64,000 nt of DNA from Octopus vulgaris (lineage: Eukaryota), in NCBI GenBank assembly GCA_951406725.2, contig OX597816.1, positions 126,976,001 to 127,040,000 on the forward strand, given 5' to 3'. Shown piece by piece: positions 58,183 through 64,000 of the stretch. Under the pieces are notes generated by a model. It was not told the DNA's origin and did no database searches. It saw nothing but the letters and a program-made list of their open reading frames with translations. Position 1 is the first letter of the stretch. Every line of letters begins with the position of its first letter. Position numbers and translations under genes: made by a program.

Positions 58183-58630
58183 GAAACTCCTTGGTTTGGA
58201 TTTGGAAACACTGAAAGTAAGAACATACCCTTTCGAAGATCCGCTCGTAACTAACAGTGCCAACAAACCCAAATAAGCAAGCGAAGAATTTCTGTTCTCC
58301 CCTTTCCACCAGCGTGGGTTAAAATCATCAAACACTATGCTTATTTCGGTAAAATCCGAAGCATTAATTAGAGGGAGATTAATTATAATTTCAAAATTGA
58401 GGGTAAAATTAATTAATTATTAATCAATTTCACCAAGTGTTCAGTATGCAAAGGGACCATTTAAGGCGAATTCAAATTATTACATTATATAAAAGGGCTT
58501 AGTAAAATAAATTACTTTACTGCATACTGAACTCATTAGAAATAGCAGCTAAAAAACTTTTTTAAAGCTATTTCTAATACTTAAAGAAATATGCGGCAGT
58601 ATGCGGCAAAGTAATTTATTTTACTAAGCC

Positions 58631-58710
<80 letters not shown>

Positions 58711-58721
58711 AATATACATAT

Positions 58722-59050
<329 letters not shown>

Positions 59051-59084
59051 CGGGACCTACATATATATATATATATATATACAC

Positions 59085-59368
<284 letters not shown>

Positions 59369-60219
59369 ATGTATGTGTGTGTGTGTACATAAACACATAT
59401 TACTGTTTGAGAAATGTGGCAAAATGATTCTTATACTCATTGACATCATGACAGATCCTTCTGTGCTTTGAGTGACTAGTCGGACATAAAAATCTCTGCC
59501 TTGGAAAACAGTTAAGGTTTGGCTTTATGAAGCGCAACCAACTGTAAAATGCTATGTCAAATAAGTCCTCACTCATTCCATATTGAAAGCCTTATTAAAT
59601 ATGATGTTCATTTCCAATAGCATCCCTTGCAGCCATACATTATTACAAAAAACACAGAAATATAATTGTAGCAGGCAAAATTCATTCAATGATATTGGTA
59701 GCATTACCATATGTGCATTTTTGCTTAGCTTCACTTCATCAATAGGAAAGTGTTCACTGGCAACTATATTATATAAGAAAATCAGTGCTACTATTTTCCT
59801 AAATCACTGATGGTTGATATTTGTCTTAGTATATGGTTGTCAGAGGATACTTACTACTGATGATGAGTTTTCCTTTAAGTGTCATGATATGATTTCTAGA
59901 TGTTTCATTTTATCATTTTTCTCTTTTAAGATGAATGCCTAAATCTAACAAAAAAATTACTTCTATCATATATACTGAGCATGATGTTTATTTAAACACT
60001 CTTTTTTTTGTCCTGTTTGAGAACTATTTGTATATTTCTGTAGATATAACTACACATATTGTCAAGTTTCTGAATATATTCCATGTCTGATTTGACTGAG
60101 TTGGAAATGAAGTCCATTTTATTTAACTAGTTAACTAGCAGAAACACTACCATCCAGATGATCTACTAGTGTGGATCATGCATGCTTGAACAAAACTGTT
60201 GTGATGTGCATAGCTGCCA

Positions 60220-60259
<40 letters not shown>

Positions 60260-60302
60260 TTTGGTTAAAAAGTCAATGATGATGGTGTATGTATTTGTGT
60301 AT

Positions 60303-60601
60303 GGAAAAAGCTAGTAAATGTGTGCTAAGACAAAAACAAACATAACATTATATATATATACAGCAGACAATAGATTGTGCATATATATAAGCAGGAAGCC
60401 TTAGGGCTATATACAAATGAAGAAAAAGAAATAATAATTATACATACAGCACAAATACAAAAGAAAGAGCTTTGCAACTGCTGAATGGACTGAGTGGAGT
60501 TGTGCAAAGAAGAAATAGAGTAAGTCCTAGAGGACAGAATAGACATAGCAGGATCTGAGGCCAGTGTGACCAGTCTGGCCAAAGGTAGAGCAAAAATGAA
60601 T

Positions 60602-60638
<37 letters not shown>

Positions 60639-60989
60639 TCTTTCCCTCTCTCAACACTCCTTCCATACTATGTGACCAGTGCCTGGAAAAGTGGTGTCAT
60701 ACATTTTTGCCTTACCTTTGACCAGACTGGTCATGCTGACCTCAGCTCCTGCTATGTCTGTTCTGTCCTCTAGAACTTACTTTATTTCTGCATTGCACAA
60801 CCCCACTCAGTTCGGTCAACAGCTGCAAAGCTCTTTCTGTTGCATTTATGGTATATTAATAATTATTATTTTTTCTTTGAATGCATATAGCCGTAAGACT
60901 TTGTGCTGTTATATATGCCTAATTCGTTGTCTGTTGTATTTATATGTCTTGTTTGTTTCTGTCATAACACACATTTGCTAGCTTTTTCC
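60303..60989. mobile_element. Fold-back element with about 290-bp diverged inverted arms
   Basis: 60303-60598 vs 60702-60989, e.g. tagaggacagaatagacatagcagga / tcctgctatgtctgttctgtcctcta; ends ggaaaaagctag / ctagctttttcc. (TC)n in the spacer. Confidence 0.88.
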
Positions 60990-61309
60990 CAATAGCTTAA
61001 TAAAAGTATTGGTGCCTGCAAAATTGAGCAGTATTGAAGGTAATTGGCATGAAACTGCTATGATATTTTGCGTCATTGACTAAAAAGGAAAATTCAGCTG
61101 TGAATATTCCGTATATTGTATTGTTGTCTAATTTCCTGTCCATTAAGTTTTTGTCCACTTTCTCATTTACTCTGCTTTCATCTAACTTTTCTTCTTGTAT
61201 TTTTGTTCAACCCTTGATACACCCATATAGCATAATGCACATCATTTGTGTGTGTATATATATGTATGTACATATATGTATGTATGTATATGTATTTATA
61301 TGTATATGC

Positions 61310-61568
61310 ATATAGTTGTCTGTGCACACCTTTCAATGCAATGTATGCCAGAAGGTTTGTAAATCTAATGGAGGCCTCAAAAGACATTTTAAGATCCACA
61401 AAGATCAGAACTTATCTGCAGCTTTTGGTGGTCCAAATCAGATATGCTGTCTATGTGGGTGTCTTTTTAAAACATTGTCTGATTTCAAAAGCCACATCAG
61501 ATGCTATGCTGGTTCTAAGGTGTAGGTACAGGAGGTGGTCAGATTCTGCATAAAAAGTAGACAAGCAC

Positions 61569-61572
<4 letters not shown>
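61310..61572 (+). mobile_element. Probable LINE (RTE-type) 3' end encoding C2H2-like zinc fingers
   Basis: CNVCQKVCKSNGGLKRHFKIH and CCLCGCLFKTLSDFKSHIRC*, then a ~45-nt UTR and a (CA)n tail. Embedded between microsatellites. Confidence 0.6.
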
Positions 61573-61611
<39 letters not shown>

Positions 61612-61641
61612 GCACATACACACATACACACTCTCATATAT

Positions 61642-62212
61642 ATCATCATCATCATCGTTTAACATCTGCTTTCCATGCTAGCATGGGTTGGACGATTTGA
61701 CTGAGGTCTGGCAAACCAGATGGCTGCACCAGGCTCCAAACTTGATCTGGCAGAGTTTTTACAGCTGGATGCCCTTCCTAACATCAACCACTCCGAGAGT
61801 GTAGTGGGTGCATTTATGTGCCACCGGCACAGGGGCCATTCAGGTGATACTGGCAACGACCTCCCTTGAATCTTTTTGCACAGGTGCTAGTAAGGCAATG
61901 CTGGTAACGATCATGCTCGAATGGTGCCTTCTACATGCCACCGGCACGGAAGTCAGTTAGCTGCTCTGGCAATGATCACACTCGGATGGTGCTCTTAGCA
62001 CCCTACTAACACGGGGCTTAAGTGCCAGTAAGGCGATGCTGGTAATGATCACACTTGAATGGTGCCTTTTATGTGCCACTAGCACAGAAGCCGGTTAGCC
62101 GCTCTGTCAACAATCACACTCATATGGTGCTCTTTGCACCCTGCTAGCATGGATGCCAGTCATCGAATTTGATTTTGATTTCACTTGCCTCAATAGGTCT
62201 TCACAAGCAGAG
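61642..62212 (-). mobile_element. Family C SINE-like repeat with expanded internal tandem subrepeats
   Basis: catcatcgtttaacatctgctttccatgctagcatgggttggacg...; internal ~140-bp duplication (agtaaggcratgctggtaaygatca...aatggtgcct). Confidence 0.8.
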
Positions 62213-64000
62213 TTTAGCTCCCCTACCATGCAGGTATGGGTCAGATTGTTTGAAAGAAGCCAACCAGGTAGAAGACTACCCCAGGCTACTTTAATGAAAA
62301 ATTTCTAAGTAATTTTCCTATGATAGATGTAGTGTAAACATTTTCACAAACAATCTCAAAGTAAGTTTGGTAATGATTTTTAATGAAAATAATTGAATAA
62401 AGGTAGTAAAGAACAGGAGAGGAAGAGAAAATGAGACAGTCAGACAGACAGACAAATACAAACATTTTGAAGAAAGAAAGTGAAAGTAAGAAAGTGTGTA
62501 GAAGAAAGGCGAAACGTATTAAAATAACAGAGGAAGAGAGAGAAGAGACAAAGACTAAATGAAAAATGACATTGGAAAAAGAAGCGATGGGGATAAGAGA
62601 AAGAAAAAGTTACAAAGATAGGGAAACAAAAAGACTAATAGAATCAATAATTAAGGAAGAAGTAGAAAAAGAGAAAAAGAAATAATAGGGATATAAATAA
62701 ATCTAAGACATTAAAAAACACTATTTATTTAGTAAATAAAAAACGCTATATATTTACTAAATAAAAAATAGTTTTCTGATTGAAGCATATAGTTGAAATT
62801 TTCAATCATAAAATAAACCTTGGAAACCACAGTTTGCTAAAAATATTTCAAAATTGAAGTTAATAAGAAATTCCCGGACTGTGTACACTTTGATAATTGC
62901 TTTCTTTTAGTAAAAGTTACATACTCCTCACAAATTAAAAGCAGCTTTCTGTATTATATATAGATAGATGGTGATAGCACTGCATTCAGATGACATTATC
63001 ATCTAGTTTAATAACTTTTGTAGTTTTAGTAAAGAACCTTTGATGCTTGTTTAGGTAAAAAGAAGTACTTCCATCAACTGCAATTATCCAAGTATTTGGT
63101 AAATAAAAATTCATTCTAGAAACTTTAAAATATAAAATCAACAAGTATGGAAAGTAACTAAGAATATCAGCTGATTAAAAATTTTGGATAATGTAGAAAA
63201 TTAGGCACTTTCATTCTGGCTACATTTTCTTTTGTCTATACAAATGATTGACCATAGTACATTTTCCTTTTTCTGCGTTCTTCTGACCCTTGTCTATATC
63301 TTTTTCTTCTGAGTAATGTTAGTTTGTATTATATTTCTCTATATGAGACGAAAGAATATTCCTTGCACTCTTTGAATGGTTACAGCTTATGTAAACTCTT
63401 TCCACACAGTTTTCGTGGATTCATTGAAGTTCCATGGGCAGTCTCTTTTTAAACATTGGAATCAATGTCAGCACAATGCAACAACTTTACAATTGATGGG
63501 ACTTCAGTAAGGTGCAGAATTTAGCTATAGAACACAGAGACACAGAACAGATATACTGCAAGGCATTTTGTCTGGTGCACTAACAATTCACTAAGCCACA
63601 GCCCTGGATTTTATTTATCTACCATGGAAGGGTGAAAGACAAAGCTGACGTCAGGAAGATTTTAGCTGGAATAAAAACTGCAAGACATTTTATTTGATAC
63701 TACAACAACTCTGCACACATGCACACACACACACACACACACGCATGCATGCACGCGCACACCCACACACACACACACACATTTTTTTAAATATATTTTA
63801 TTCATCCTCCTTTATTACACTTATCAATTCTCTTATACATGATTTTAGGCATTTTTTACACCTGCTACTTTTTCTTTGTTATAGCTCTATATTTGTATCA
63901 AGCCATATTCTGTCTGCATGCAGGATATCTATTTCATATTTATATAAGCTCTAGGATGTTAGTAGTTTTTTTCTTGTTTTCCTATCAAAGCTCTTTTGTT

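Larger units (their letters stand above)
57300..58589 (-). repeat. Tandem array of about 2.4 copies of a 544-545-bp non-coding unit carrying a hammerhead ribozyme motif
   Basis: Units start at 57301, 57846 and 58390 and are nearly identical. Followed by an inverted ~45-bp piece (58596-58640). Confidence 0.95.

Noticed and set aside
57300-58589. CRISPR array or retron/DGR-type system beside an RT gene
   Set aside because: The units are 545-bp near-identical repeats without spacers, the RT is a eukaryotic LINE type, and the context is eukaryotic.

Overview
AT-rich, repeat-dense eukaryotic non-coding DNA (intergenic or inside a very large intron). The SINE families and microsatellite load suggest an octopod cephalopod; this is an inference from recognised repeat consensus, not a database result. 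No host protein-coding exon could be supported, and most listed ORFs are microsatellite read-through. Recognisable elements: a full-length, inactivated D34D mariner (40789-42080); a young 5'-truncated CR1-group LINE with an uninterrupted 566-aa RT ORF (55035-56828) plus a near-identical inverted 3' fragment; a decayed Penelope-like RT/GIY-YIG element; an R4/Dong-like RLE fragment in (TAA)n; and many tRNA-derived SINEs, MITEs and RTE remnants. The most interesting signal is a set of hammerhead-ribozyme-like motifs (CUGANGA / stem II / GAAA / short self-complementary stem III) in at least five dissimilar non-coding repeats. These include a 545-bp tandem array (retrozyme-like), a tRNA-headed SINE-like element with a hammerhead tail, and inverted or palindromic Penelope-pLTR-like remnants. 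A ~7-kb (TA)n 'nest' (52.2-59.2 kb) has accumulated several of these insertions and a fold-back duplication of its own flank.
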